Source of the DNA: a virus | Lineage: Duplodnaviria; Caudoviricetes | IMG/VR virus record: IMGVR_UViG_3300048502_000136 | Location: 34,433 to 98,432 of that record | Reading direction: 5' to 3' (one strand) | DNA length: 64,000 bases | Shown here: positions 1 to 10,104 of the stretch, in pieces | Layout of the letters: each line of letters begins with the position of its first letter | Position numbering within the stretch: position 1 is the first letter of the stretch | Translations under genes and position numbers: made by a program | Notes under the pieces: model-generated | Seen by the model: the letters and a program-made list of their open reading frames with translations, nothing else | Told to the model about the DNA's origin: nothing | The model's database searches: none

Positions 1-98
1 CGGCAATCGTCGCAATAAAGCCATGTGCATCGAGACAATTCCGAAATATAGACGCAGGTCGCGTCTTCATGACAGGCGCAGCAAAAGGCTTCCATCAA

Positions 99-491
99 CT
101 AACCCCGCGCCCCCGGATTCCTAGTCGGCGGCGTCCTCGGCGGTTTCTGGCTCACACCGAGCGCGCGTGGTTGAACCCGCCTGACTGCCGACCTGACTGC
201 GGAGAGGCCGCGCATCCTGACAGCCAAGCGTTGCGGCGTGACTGGCCTCAGCAACAAGGTGCGCGCCGAGTAGTCAGGGTTGGACGAGGTGTAGCCTGCG
301 TCGGATGGGCCGGACGAGCGGGCAGGCGAGGAAGAAGAAGATGACCCGCCACCCGTCCCACCACCTGCGCCCATGTTCCCGGCAGTCGGCAGGCTTACCT
401 TGCTCGCCGCGCCGCGAGGAGCCTCCCCTCGACGCTCCAAAGCAAAAGCCTGCCTTGCCTCTGGTGCGCCGAACTGGCCGGACTTAGGCAT
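99..491 (-). CDS. hypothetical basic, Gly/Ser-rich protein (head-module region)
   Basis: ATG ORF co-oriented with and downstream of portal; AAGGAG SD-like sequence upstream. Confidence 0.45.
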   Translation of the reverse strand: MPKSGQFGAPEARQAFALERRGEAPRGAASKVSLPTAGNMGAGGGTGGGSSSSSSPARSSGPSDAGYTSSNPDYSARTLLLRPVTPQRLAVRMRGLSAVRSAVRRVQPRALGVSQKPPRTPPTRNPGARG

Positions 492-529
492 GACAGGCTC
501 CTTAGGCCGGGCTGGCTAGGCTAGGCTGG

Positions 530-1138
530 TTAGTCGTGGTGCTCGCTCGGCTCGCTTGGCTGGCTCCCCTGCCTCTCTCGTGCCAAAGCCGCTCGCAGCC
601 TGATCGTCGCTTTCTCCAGCGTGTTCCCGGCAGCATGCATGATCGTGCCGGGAACCTCTGCAGCCGAACTCCTGCGCACAGTGTACAGCGCCCGCTCGAA
701 ATCAGCCAAGAGTTCCTGATCAATCAACTCCAGCATAGACAGGTTGGCTCGCTCGTCGTCCTTGACGGCAACATCAGGGTGGGTCGAGCCGACAGGCTCC
801 GCGCCGGGGATCAGCGAGTCAGGAGCGACTGCAGCGAACGAAGCTGGCGCATGCGTGGTCGAAGTCGGGCCGGATTCAGGCGCGCCTCCCGGCAACGGCT
901 GAGACGGCTTGGCCTCGTTATACGAGTGGTCGTCCGGCAAAGAAGTTTGCGAGGTGGCCGGGATCGTCTCACTAGCAGAGGTAACGACCGGCTCGCCTGT
1001 GATCGGGTCAAACTCTTCCGTGGTGGCCTCGCCAGCGTAGACAGGGCGGGTCAGTTCCTCGGCGGGCTGGTTTTCAAACTGGTGCTGATGCTCAGTAGGC
1101 TGGTGGTCAGGCTGGTAGTCGTGCTCGTTATCGCCCAT
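530..1138 (-). CDS. hypothetical acidic, low-complexity protein
   Basis: 202-aa ATG ORF directly downstream of portal, E/P/T-rich N-terminus and helical C-terminus. Confidence 0.6.
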   Translation of the reverse strand: MGDNEHDYQPDHQPTEHQHQFENQPAEELTRPVYAGEATTEEFDPITGEPVVTSASETIPATSQTSLPDDHSYNEAKPSQPLPGGAPESGPTSTTHAPASFAAVAPDSLIPGAEPVGSTHPDVAVKDDERANLSMLELIDQELLADFERALYTVRRSSAAEVPGTIMHAAGNTLEKATIRLRAALARERQGSQPSEPSEHHD

Positions 1139-1239
1139 GGCGGGGTGTTACCTCCGAAAACGTTAGATGCGGCTGTGAGGGAGGCCAAGGTGAATTATTT
1201 AGTCGGCCGCCTCGGCTCCCTGCCAGCCTGCCAGCCTGC

Positions 1240-3147
1240 CTACTTGCCCTGAGGCTTGCCCGCATTCGCCGCCTGCGCGCCGGCCGCCGCCAACTTCAAC
1301 TTCAGCACAGCCTCGTCCACCAACTCCGCCCGATTCTGCGCCAAGTCGAAATTAGCGTCCAGCGCGCGGAACATATTATTGCTGCTCAGATCACCCTGCC
1401 GACGCAGGACCAAGGCCATCTGCGCCCGATCCTCCTGCCCGAACGTCAAGGCTGACCCCGGCTTGATCGAGAACTGGAATTTCTTGACGAACTCTTCCGG
1501 CATCATCGACCCGGAGAGCAGTGACTCGTACATCGGCTGGAAGTCAGTTGACAGAATCCCGCGCTCGCCAAGCAGGCCGACGCGATGGCCGACCGTGTCA
1601 AACTGCAAAATAGTCGAAACCACCATCTGGCCCGCTTCCGACATGAATTGCTCAAGCTGCCTGCCCATGAGCCGGACCATCGACGACCGCGAGTTCTGGA
1701 TCATCTCCATCGTATCGTGCGAGGGGATTTGCTCCTTTTGCGCGGCGGCATCTATGGCAGCCGATCCAGTCGTCTGGTCCATCTCGCGGGTCACCATCTG
1801 AAGGAACGGGAGCGCCAAGGCCGGCACCTGTGGCTGGGCGCGAAAACTGGGAGGCGCTGGCGAGACCGGGTTGTATTCGAGCTTGCCACCTGAAATAGTG
1901 GTCGAGATATTATCCAAATCGGACCGCGAGACGGCATTCCTCGGCGTGATAATCGTCGGCGTGAGCCCGGCCTTGATTGTTTCGAGCAGGCCTGCCATGA
2001 TCCGGTTCAGGATATCCTGCGGCCCGATCAGGTTCCCTAACAAACTCATGCCTTCAGGCGACCACGGCGCGCGCAAGGGCGTCATCTCGACGTAAGGATG
2101 GCGGGCGAAAAAGTAAGGATTGCAAGTGTCGTTCAGCACGCGCCTGCCAGCTACCGTCAGCACCCGGCCGCGCGGAAACAAAAGTTCCCCAGGCTCGACC
2201 ATGTAAGCCCAGTTCGCCGAAGGCCTGCCCCGGTCAGTCGCTGGCCCGACGCAGACCGTCCGCGATGTCTCGTTCTTGCCAGGGTCGAGCAGCCAAAACA
2301 GCCGCTGGGTGACCATCGGGTACAGAGAGTCCGAGGTGGCTGAAGAGGATTTGACGCCGAGGATTTTCTGCATCTGCGGCGAGAATTTAGCCCATTCTGC
2401 GGAAGTGACCTGACTCGGCCGCATGACCTGTGAGTTCATCATGGGCGAGATCGAGTCAGGCTCGATATCGTCGGCGAGCGTGCCGAACCTGCGGCGGAGG
2501 CTGGCCAGGGTCACCCGCTTGGTCTCGATTACGCATTCTGCGTTGGCGATTGTGCCGTCGCCGCCGAGCGTGTAAAAGTTGAGCGGGTTGATTGACAAAA
2601 TTTCTACGTCCCCGACACCGCGATTAGCCTGCCGGTTCCACTGGACCTTGCCGATCCCCTTGGCTAAAAGGCCGAACCCGATAATGGACTGTAGCTCGGG
2701 CCGGTAGCTCGAAGTGGCTGCCCAATGCGCGAGGCGCTTGCCGAGGTAGTCTTGGATTTCAGAGTAAGTGTCCTGCCGGTCCCATACCTTGATCTCGGGC
2801 TCCGGCTTGCCGTCAGTCAGCAACGAGACTAGCTCCCAGTATTGCCGGAACATGCGGTTGGTCACTGGCCGGGAGGAGCCGTAAGCGGTCGGGCGCGAAG
2901 GCCACTGGTTCCCGGCGAGATACTGCATGATGCGGGGCAGGAGTTTCGTGGTCAGGGATTGCGAAGACTCTTCTTCCGCTTGGCGCATGGCCCGGTCAGC
3001 CCAGTGCACGACCTCATCTTCGAGGCGCTGCGGCGGGAGAGCGGCAAGTGAGGACTGGCTGGTGTAGGAGTTGAGCCGGGGATCACGCATGAAGCCGGGC
3101 TGGTAGCTGGACCCGGTAGCGCTCGCGGTCTGGAGAGGGGGAGCCAT
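1240..3147 (-). CDS. phage portal protein
   Basis: 635 aa, downstream of TerL; portal-like segments (RPVTNRMFRQYWELVSLLT, G-G-GKVQW, GMSLLGNLIGPQDILNRI, MDQTTG). Confidence 0.8.
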   Translation of the reverse strand: MAPPLQTASATGSSYQPGFMRDPRLNSYTSQSSLAALPPQRLEDEVVHWADRAMRQAEEESSQSLTTKLLPRIMQYLAGNQWPSRPTAYGSSRPVTNRMFRQYWELVSLLTDGKPEPEIKVWDRQDTYSEIQDYLGKRLAHWAATSSYRPELQSIIGFGLLAKGIGKVQWNRQANRGVGDVEILSINPLNFYTLGGDGTIANAECVIETKRVTLASLRRRFGTLADDIEPDSISPMMNSQVMRPSQVTSAEWAKFSPQMQKILGVKSSSATSDSLYPMVTQRLFWLLDPGKNETSRTVCVGPATDRGRPSANWAYMVEPGELLFPRGRVLTVAGRRVLNDTCNPYFFARHPYVEMTPLRAPWSPEGMSLLGNLIGPQDILNRIMAGLLETIKAGLTPTIITPRNAVSRSDLDNISTTISGGKLEYNPVSPAPPSFRAQPQVPALALPFLQMVTREMDQTTGSAAIDAAAQKEQIPSHDTMEMIQNSRSSMVRLMGRQLEQFMSEAGQMVVSTILQFDTVGHRVGLLGERGILSTDFQPMYESLLSGSMMPEEFVKKFQFSIKPGSALTFGQEDRAQMALVLRRQGDLSSNNMFRALDANFDLAQNRAELVDEAVLKLKLAAAGAQAANAGKPQGK

Positions 3148-3212
3148 TAAGTAGGGTCAGCAGCCCGGCGCAAGCACGTGGCGAAGGCTGGTCGAGGCTA
3201 TCGTACCTTAGG

Positions 3213-3551
3213 CTAGAGGTTGGGGGAAGGTTTCTTCTTGGCGCGGGGGAGAGTCGGGGCTGGCTTGACAGGCCTGACAGCCTCGACCGCCTTAAACTTC
3301 TTGCACATGGGCGAGGAGCACGGAATCATCCACCAGTCACGGAATCGCCATGCGCCAGAGTCCGTGTCATAAACGTGGTGGTGGACCGGGCGGGGCGGCA
3401 GGGCGGGCCTTTCTTCGTCAAGCGGGCGCTTGGTTGGCATATCGCTGGGCTGCGCGCGCTGGGCCTCCTTGGCTATCTCGGCCAAGTCGCGCTTTAGATC
3501 GTCTACGACCACAACAGGTTTAAGGCCGAACAAGCCGAAGAATTTGCTCAT
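3213..3551 (-). CDS. hypothetical protein with HHHV..CxxxxC metal-binding motif
   Basis: ATGA-coupled to upstream ORF. Confidence 0.55.
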   Translation of the reverse strand: MSKFFGLFGLKPVVVVDDLKRDLAEIAKEAQRAQPSDMPTKRPLDEERPALPPRPVHHHVYDTDSGAWRFRDWWMIPCSSPMCKKFKAVEAVRPVKPAPTLPRAKKKPSPNL

Positions 3552-3793
3552 GTAACAGGGATGTCTTTCTCATAGTTTTCTTCAGTGATCCATAGATTGG
3601 AATTCTGAACTACTTTGATTCGATCTTCGTGAGGGATTCCTGCCGTGAGGAGATTTTCTTCATAAACGGCGTTTTGTTCAATCCAAGCGGCGTTCAGACC
3701 TTGACGGCGAATTGTCTGCTTGGTCGCCTCAAGAAAAGCAGCATACTGTTCTAAAAGCTTTTGTTGAGCAAGAGTTAAAAAAAAGTTTGACAT
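3548..3793 (-). CDS. hypothetical protein, paralog of 3775..3984
   Basis: shares LT.AQQ.LL..YAAFL...WI.Q..VY....IPHE..IKVVQ.SN with its neighbour. Confidence 0.65.
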   Translation of the reverse strand: MSNFFLTLAQQKLLEQYAAFLEATKQTIRRQGLNAAWIEQNAVYEENLLTAGIPHEDRIKVVQNSNLWITEENYEKDIPVT

Positions 3794-3984
3794 GGCTTAC
3801 CTTCTTGAACCCCCCGATTAGACTCTTGAACTACCTTGATAATGGCTTCGTGAGGGATTCTTGCTGCGAACATTTTTTGGTCATAAACCGTGTGCTGTTG
3901 AATCCAGACGGAACTTTCTTTTGTAAACGCCGCAAGAAAAGCAGCATACTCGTCCAAAAGCGTTTGTTGAGCGGGGGTTAGCAT
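3775..3984 (-). CDS. hypothetical protein, paralog of 3548..3793
   Basis: tandem paralogy; AGGAAGG SD upstream. Confidence 0.65.
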   Translation of the reverse strand: MLTPAQQTLLDEYAAFLAAFTKESSVWIQQHTVYDQKMFAARIPHEAIIKVVQESNRGVQEGKPCQTFF

Positions 3985-3987
3985 ATT

Positions 3988-4731
3988 TTACCTTCCTGAC
4001 GGGACTGGCTTCGGCAACCCTTGAAACTTGAACTCTGAGAAGTCTACTCGTTCAGCTACGACCGGGCTGGCTGGCTCGGCTGGCAACATGGCCGATTGAT
4101 AAGGATCGTCCTCCTCGACGTAATCCGCCGCGTAATGGTCAGGCGAGATATGGCTGGATGGCGTGGCAGCGGCAGCGGCAGCGGCCTCACCGGGCAGTGG
4201 CCGGATCATCGGTACCCCACCCCCCGCCTGCGCACCCTGAAGTAACTGCATCATCCCTAACAACGGCCCCAGCGCGCGCTCCCTGACCCGAGCATCCTCC
4301 ACGTCCTGCTCAAGCTGCTTGATATACGGCCCGAGGCCTTCCAAGTCCCTTCCTTTTAACACCCCTGCTGCCTTAATGGCACGGCCATGCTCGCCCTCGA
4401 CCAGCAGCGTATCCGGGTCGGCAATCGCCGTAAACAAAGCCGTCATCGTGGTCATAAAGTTGACCGGGAACCTCTGGCGCATGACCTCCAAGGGCTCAGG
4501 ATAGACCCAGATCGTCAGCGGGACCGTGTTGGCTGGCTGTTTTTCGACTACCTTGACTTGGACCATGCGCGGGCGCAAGGTTAGGAGTTTCTCGTACTCG
4601 TAGCGCTGGCCGCAGGCCGGGCATCGGCAGACCATGCCTTGAATGGCTGAGTTCTGCTCCGTGACCAGCATGGACTCGGGCCTTTTGGCTTGGTCGCAGC
4701 GCGGGCACCAGATAGGGATAGGCTTGGCCAT
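3988..4731 (-). CDS. Zn-ribbon protein (CPRC...CPAC)
   Basis: two CxxC pairs at the N-terminus of a 247-aa ORF. Confidence 0.7.
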   Translation of the reverse strand: MAKPIPIWCPRCDQAKRPESMLVTEQNSAIQGMVCRCPACGQRYEYEKLLTLRPRMVQVKVVEKQPANTVPLTIWVYPEPLEVMRQRFPVNFMTTMTALFTAIADPDTLLVEGEHGRAIKAAGVLKGRDLEGLGPYIKQLEQDVEDARVRERALGPLLGMMQLLQGAQAGGGVPMIRPLPGEAAAAAAATPSSHISPDHYAADYVEEDDPYQSAMLPAEPASPVVAERVDFSEFKFQGLPKPVPSGR

Positions 4732-4742
4732 TGGTTATTGGT

Positions 4743-4758
4743 TACATCGTTTCATGTA
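4743..4758. promoter_or_regulatory. 16-bp palindromic operator copy (TACATCGTTTCATGTA)
   Basis: near-identical to copies at 12552-12567 and 15273-15288; just upstream of the 4731 start codon. Confidence 0.6.
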
Positions 4759-4796
4759 AGGTGTAGGCTAGTCAAGGGGCTGGTGGCTCGGTCGGC

Positions 4797-7241
4797 CTAA
4801 ATCCCACTTCCGCCCGCCCCGCCCACCCCGCCCACCCCGCCCCCGGCCAACTGCTCGTTCAGCCACTCCGCCTCGGCCCCGGCAGCGCCCCCACCGCGAT
4901 CCACCCTGGCCGACAGCCCAAGCCCTGCCGGACTCGCCTGTGGCCTGGTCCCTGGTGGCGCGATCTCAGGCTTGCCATGCGACATGCCTTCGCCCACGCC
5001 TGCGCCGCCCGGCTCCCACATGCCTTCCTGCCTGCCTGTCTGGTCGCGGTACCGGGACACGACGCCCGGCAGGACATCCCACGAATCGAGGCCATACTCG
5101 CGGAACAACTCTGACTCCAGGCCGGTCCCGTGATGGATGATCGAGTAAGCCGTGTTCGCCTTCGAGACGATGATAGGCTTGATGCCCCAGCCGGAGCCCC
5201 ATGCACGGGCGGCAGCCGAGGTCGGACCCGACTTGCTGGCTAGTTTTCTGGCTTCCGCCACAATCTCTTCAGCGCGGTCGATGTTCGGCGTCTGCGTTCT
5301 CAACCGCATGAAGCCGTCGTAGACGCCATAGATGACAGCCCCACCTGAAGCCCGCGCAGAAACCGTCGGCGTCGTGTTCCCTCCGTCGCCAAACGAAGGC
5401 TGCACACGAAGCTCCGGCAAGGTCTCACGCAGACAAAAAAGCGCAATACAGTAAGCCACGCAGGCATCATCATGCCCGCCGAGCGCGCCGTAACCCGAGC
5501 CCAGCTTCGAGTATTTCATCATCTCGTCCAGCAGGTATCTCGACCGGATCACCACGGTGTCTTCTAAAAGGCCCTCGCACATCTGCGCCACCAGCAAAGG
5601 CTTGGTCCGGCTGGTCGTCTGCCAGTGCAGGAAACTGGCCATCTGCTTGCCGATGCGATCCCGCGACCGTGGCCGGTAGAGGTTCGGGTACTCCAGGTCA
5701 TTCATCAGGTAGTTGGCGGTAAGCATCCCTTCCTTGGCATATTCGACCGCAATCTCGCAGCGGTTGTAGTAGTAGCCAAGCGCATAAAGTATCTTGGCGA
5801 ACATGATCGGAGACTCGTAGCCAACCCACTCAGCCACTTGCACGTCAGGCGAGCGGCCTGCCCCGGCGCGGATGATCTGGGCCGTTGAGTAGTCGCCCCC
5901 TTGCACGCCAGCCGCAGTGTCCGAAGCCAGATAGTAAAGCGACCTCGGCTCCGGCTTCTCCCAGATGTAAAGCCGGTTGGTCGTTTCCCGCTTCTCTAAA
6001 GCGTGCTCGGGCCTGACCTCGTTCATCAGCAATTTGGGAGCCGCGTTCAGGCCACGAAAGCCGATCTCGCCCACCCAGCGGGGGCGGCGCAGGTTCGCCT
6101 GGGATTGCTCGTCAAGCTTGTGGCGCGGGAAGGCGCAGATGCCGGACGACTGGAAAGCTTCTGAGGCGGTTAACGGGTAAGATTCGAGGTGTGCATAAGG
6201 GTATCCTGTGCGCTTGATTGCAGACTTGATCCTGCGCCTGCGCCAGTTGAAATACTCGTCGGAGATAAGGAAGTTTTCTTCCTCCTGAACCCGCTCGCGA
6301 GTAGCCTGCTCGATCTCAGTCAGCTTGAAAGGAAGCTGGTTCGGCTTGAGCGGCAGGGAAAACTTCCTCGCCTTATAGACCGGCAGGAAGACAGGCACCC
6401 AGTCCGAGTCACCTTCCATGGCCTCCGTCCACAGGTTATAGAAGAAGCCATCCGCTCCCAGCGCCGTGGACTCGGCAATCGCCATCGTGTCGGACGCGTT
6501 CATGGACGGCTCGATATCCGCCGTGTAGACCTCGCCTGAAGGCCAGCGCGAAACCTCCGTCATATGCAGGTTGCGAATCGTTCTGCCGATAGCCGCGCCC
6601 GTGTTGCGCTGGGCATGGGTCGTGACAAACACTGACCCGAGGCCTGGGTCGGTGGTCCGGTCGGAGAAGTTTTTTCGATTGAACTCCAGATACTCGCCCT
6701 TGGCGCGGTACTGAATTTCAGGACGCATCCACCACGGTAGCGCGTTATAAGTGATGCTGACCTTGCGCTGAACGTGCGCGGCCACGTCAGGGTCTTGTGC
6801 CACCGACATCGTGTAGGAGTTGGGCGTAAAAAACGTGCAGTGATCCATCACGCCTGTTGCGTATTCAGTTACACCCGCCTGTCGCGGCTTTAAGACGACG
6901 ACCTTGGACTGGCCGGTTTTCGCCCGCTCTTTTTGGATCGCGTTCTCAACCAGCCATTGCAAATCGAACAGGGGATTCATGCACATGATCTGGCCCTGTT
7001 CGTTGGCGATCACATGATAGTTGGTAAGATAGTAAACACGGTCAGTGATGCAGAGCGCTGTCTCTTCCTGAATGAAGTCCAGCTCGACCTGACTGAGCAG
7101 GGTCCACGCCAGGGCGGTGTGCTCTTCGAGAGAGCCTTTCGGCTGGAGGCGCTTGGCTTCATGGAAGCGCTGGTCGATCACCTCCAGGGCGTCGTTCAGG
7201 AGGAGGTTGGCTCGGTTAAGTCGGGGGAGGCCGCCTGACAT
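4797..7241 (-). CDS. terL: terminase large subunit
   Basis: Walker A-type VVLKPRQAGVT, Walker B LHMTEV, coupling motif ESTA, RNaseH-like nuclease YYLASDTAAG..GDYS and HDDACVA; about 200-aa C-terminal extension. Confidence 0.92.
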   Translation of the reverse strand: MSGGLPRLNRANLLLNDALEVIDQRFHEAKRLQPKGSLEEHTALAWTLLSQVELDFIQEETALCITDRVYYLTNYHVIANEQGQIMCMNPLFDLQWLVENAIQKERAKTGQSKVVVLKPRQAGVTEYATGVMDHCTFFTPNSYTMSVAQDPDVAAHVQRKVSITYNALPWWMRPEIQYRAKGEYLEFNRKNFSDRTTDPGLGSVFVTTHAQRNTGAAIGRTIRNLHMTEVSRWPSGEVYTADIEPSMNASDTMAIAESTALGADGFFYNLWTEAMEGDSDWVPVFLPVYKARKFSLPLKPNQLPFKLTEIEQATRERVQEEENFLISDEYFNWRRRRIKSAIKRTGYPYAHLESYPLTASEAFQSSGICAFPRHKLDEQSQANLRRPRWVGEIGFRGLNAAPKLLMNEVRPEHALEKRETTNRLYIWEKPEPRSLYYLASDTAAGVQGGDYSTAQIIRAGAGRSPDVQVAEWVGYESPIMFAKILYALGYYYNRCEIAVEYAKEGMLTANYLMNDLEYPNLYRPRSRDRIGKQMASFLHWQTTSRTKPLLVAQMCEGLLEDTVVIRSRYLLDEMMKYSKLGSGYGALGGHDDACVAYCIALFCLRETLPELRVQPSFGDGGNTTPTVSARASGGAVIYGVYDGFMRLRTQTPNIDRAEEIVAEARKLASKSGPTSAAARAWGSGWGIKPIIVSKANTAYSIIHHGTGLESELFREYGLDSWDVLPGVVSRYRDQTGRQEGMWEPGGAGVGEGMSHGKPEIAPPGTRPQASPAGLGLSARVDRGGGAAGAEAEWLNEQLAGGGVGGVGGAGGSGI

Positions 7242-7264
7242 GAGGCTAGTTTACATGGGAGGGT

Positions 7265-8104
7265 TTAAGCGGGGTCAGTTTCGTCATCTAGCGTGGCGCT
7301 GTCATTAGTATCGTCTGCCTCGTCCGCCTCACCATCTTCATCATCCTCAGCCAGCAACTCGTCCAGTTCCGAGTCACGCTCGACCAACGGGGCCATGACT
7401 GCCGTGACCACGCCTGTCTCGTTTCCTGACGGGAGGCTGAGCCCGGCCTGCGCGCGAACGCGCCGGATCATCGACTCAGCCGACAACGACAATGGCTGCC
7501 CTGCACCCAAGCTGCCCTGACCGGCCCCCAGCCCTCCGCCTCCGCCCCCGCCCGTCCCGATATTCGTCTGACTCCGCGCGTCCACCGACACCATCGGCTG
7601 TTTCGGCTGGACAGCAGCCAAAAGTTTCTGCAGCGCTTCCATGCCTTTAAGCTGGACCGGGATATCAGGGACCACCTCGTCGAACACCACGGCCTCTTCC
7701 AAGGTGTCGCCGGTAAGGTGGTCGCGCCGGGTCACTATCCGGGTCGTGGCCTGGTTGCGCGTGGCAGTCAAGGCGCGCGTGAGGACTTCGGCGGCGTCCC
7801 CGAGCTTGCGCATGTAGACTTCCCGAGTAGCAAGGTCCGTCGATTCAGCAGAGAACTCGGCAGCATAGGCTTTCATGCGCTCGATGGACTTGAGCACGGT
7901 GGGCAGTTTAACTGGCGGGTTCTCGCGCGCTGCTATTTCTTCCGGCGACATGCCGGCGCGGTAGTCGAAATAACGGCGCTTGTCTAACGGGGAAACGGAG
8001 AGGGCGTGGGCGGTGGCGTAAGGGGAGTGCGGGGAACGTGCGCGGCCAGAAGCCTCCCCCCTGCCATGCCGGGCGCTTCGACGAGTTTGGCTGGGCGGCG
8101 TCAT
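7265..8104 (-). CDS. putative terminase small subunit
   Basis: immediately upstream of terL; N-terminal HTH-like segment (YRAGMSPEEIAARE) and acidic tail. Confidence 0.55.
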   Translation of the reverse strand: MTPPSQTRRSARHGRGEASGRARSPHSPYATAHALSVSPLDKRRYFDYRAGMSPEEIAARENPPVKLPTVLKSIERMKAYAAEFSAESTDLATREVYMRKLGDAAEVLTRALTATRNQATTRIVTRRDHLTGDTLEEAVVFDEVVPDIPVQLKGMEALQKLLAAVQPKQPMVSVDARSQTNIGTGGGGGGGLGAGQGSLGAGQPLSLSAESMIRRVRAQAGLSLPSGNETGVVTAVMAPLVERDSELDELLAEDDEDGEADEADDTNDSATLDDETDPA

Positions 8105-8110
8105 GCTAGC

Positions 8111-8428
8111 TTATTTAATCATGCCTGCGAGTTGTGCTAAGGTGCGAGTGCCTGGCAGGTCAGTCAGGCGTGTAGGCTGGGCGGGCGCGGGGGGCGCGGG
8201 GGGTGATCTGCGTGCCTGTTTGCTCGGCTTGGCCTCCGCCACCCGACTCAGCCCCAAGAGCCGTCTAAGGTCTCTCAGCGAGTTCAAGGCCGCTCGTCTG
8301 TCGCTTGGGGTCTGCGCACAGACGAAATTCTGCCCGTTCGGCAGGCGGTAGATATTATGCCGGGCCTGCCGGATGAGCACGGCATGATGGTCGCGTAAGA
8401 GCGTGGCGATTTCAGTTTCAGCGGACAT
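8111..8428 (-). CDS. HicA-like (dsRBD-fold) protein
   Basis: LIRQARHNIYRLPNG..FV.AQTPSDRRA..N...DLRR resembles HicA-related phage proteins. Confidence 0.5.
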   Translation of the reverse strand: MSAETEIATLLRDHHAVLIRQARHNIYRLPNGQNFVCAQTPSDRRAALNSLRDLRRLLGLSRVAEAKPSKQARRSPPAPPAPAQPTRLTDLPGTRTLAQLAGMIK

Positions 8429-8978
8429 TGGAGTCTTTTTGATTCCGTATAAACACGAAATTGTCAGGCGGCGGCTCCTGAGCCAGAGGGTCGCTCGTCT
8501 TTCTAAGGTATTCCGGCTTGGACCGTTCGGCCCAATCCTTGACCATGGCGCGGTGAGCCTCAGTGCCGGGGCTAGGCCGAAACGGGCCTAAAGGAACTTT
8601 CTCTAAAGGGTCGCTTGGATAGTCGGCTAGCTTTAGAAGAAACGGCAGGAAAAGATATTTGAGATTTTTGGTCTGCGCCAGCCCTTCCCATTTGTGCTGA
8701 GAACGCGTGGCGAGCAAGTATCGTAGCTGAGGAATCCTTTGAATCCCAAAGCAATAAAGGAGGACTTTCTGACTCAATCCGGCCATGTAGAGGCGAACCC
8801 TGTTTGGAGTCGTTTCTACATACCGAGGGGAGCGCTGACGCAAAAGCGCAATTTCCCCTTGAAGCGCCAACTGGTTCCATTGTTTGCGCTGGTCTGGAGT
8901 AAGGTCGGCGTCCAAAGGCTTAACTGGCTTGACTGGCCTGGCGGACTTGGCAGGCCGTCCCCTTTTCTTCACACCCAT
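8418..8978 (-). CDS. hypothetical protein with AT-hook-like KRGRP
   Basis: 186-aa ATG ORF within the operon. Confidence 0.55.
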   Translation of the reverse strand: MGVKKRGRPAKSARPVKPVKPLDADLTPDQRKQWNQLALQGEIALLRQRSPRYVETTPNRVRLYMAGLSQKVLLYCFGIQRIPQLRYLLATRSQHKWEGLAQTKNLKYLFLPFLLKLADYPSDPLEKVPLGPFRPSPGTEAHRAMVKDWAERSKPEYLRKTSDPLAQEPPPDNFVFIRNQKDSNVR

Positions 8979-8983
8979 TAAGG

Positions 8984-9841
8984 TTATTCCTCCATCTCGG
9001 ATTTCACCGGCCCGGTCGCATCAGGCACGCCGGTCATCACTTCCAAATCGCTCGGCCCATGCAAGTCAGGCAGCGAACCAGGCTGGCCTCCGGCGCGCTC
9101 GGCTGCGGCTCGCGACAAGGTTTCGGCTGCTGAAAGGCTCCCTCCGATGCCTGCGCGGCGCGCGGCCCAGAAAGCGTCGATGGCCTGCTGCTTTTCAGTC
9201 TGTGTGAGGCCGGCAAAAATGTCAGGTGTGCCCATGACGGGGTCGTGGCTGGTTGTGCTGGCCGCTTCATCGGTCAAATCCTCAGCATAGGTCAGGTTAG
9301 TAACCGGAGGCCCTGCAAAAGGGCCACGAGAGCGTGTCTGCCATCCGCTGTTAACCGCGTTGGCTGCTGCCTGCTGCTGCCACCGCTCGCGCTCAGCCAG
9401 CATCCTCGCGTCGTCGTCAGCCTCCTCCTCCATCGAGAAAGCCTCGCGAGTCATGTTGCCCAGCGGGTCGAGCATGGCAGGGTTGGCAGCAGGATTGCTG
9501 GCATAAAGCAGCTTGGCCAAGGCTTGCGTCTGCGTCGTGAGCGACTGGGCCGACCGCTGAATGGCATGCGAGGCCAGCGCCAGCCGGTCAGCGTCCAGCT
9601 TTGACAGGGCAGCCAGCAAGTCTAATCTAAGCCGGTCCGCCATCAAGGAGGAGTCGGCCACGACCTTGCCGATTTCCTGCCGCCAGGCTGAGATAGAAGC
9701 CTGCTGCGCACGCGCTGACTGGTTCAGAGAGTAAGCCAAGCCGCCGAGCAGGGAAAGAAGGACGCCAAACAGAAGACCAAACAAGGCCAACGCAATCATG
9801 GCGAGGACGGGGCCAAGGCTGAGAGCGGAGGCAGGGGTCAC
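8984..9841 (-). CDS. membrane-anchored coiled-coil protein
   Basis: long N-terminal hydrophobic helix followed by an Ala/Leu-rich coiled coil. Confidence 0.65.
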   Translation of the reverse strand: MTPASALSLGPVLAMIALALFGLLFGVLLSLLGGLAYSLNQSARAQQASISAWRQEIGKVVADSSLMADRLRLDLLAALSKLDADRLALASHAIQRSAQSLTTQTQALAKLLYASNPAANPAMLDPLGNMTREAFSMEEEADDDARMLAERERWQQQAAANAVNSGWQTRSRGPFAGPPVTNLTYAEDLTDEAASTTSHDPVMGTPDIFAGLTQTEKQQAIDAFWAARRAGIGGSLSAAETLSRAAAERAGGQPGSLPDLHGPSDLEVMTGVPDATGPVKSEMEE

Positions 9842-10098
9842 TGAGGCAGCCTTTCATAAAACTCACGTAACCGGAGCCGCAGCCTCGCCAGAATCCGTTT
9901 GCTAAAACCGGCCCGGCCTGCGCGTACGTTGCTGATCTCCTGCGGGGAGAGGGCGTACCGGCGCGCCACTTCCGTCAGGGAACTGGCCGCTATCTCCGCG
10001 TTCAGGGCGGCCATGACCTGGTCACGGGTGAGCAGGCCGGACTGTACTGGCTGGCTGGCTGGTTGTGGCTGACTCGGCTTGTTTTTTGTCTCAATCAT
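9838..10098 (-). CDS. HTH DNA-binding protein
   Basis: SLTEVARRYALSPQEISNVRAG is an XRE/Cro-like HTH. Confidence 0.7.
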   Translation of the reverse strand: MIETKNKPSQPQPASQPVQSGLLTRDQVMAALNAEIAASSLTEVARRYALSPQEISNVRAGRAGFSKRILARLRLRLREFYERLPQ

Positions 10099-10104
10099 TC
10101 GTCT

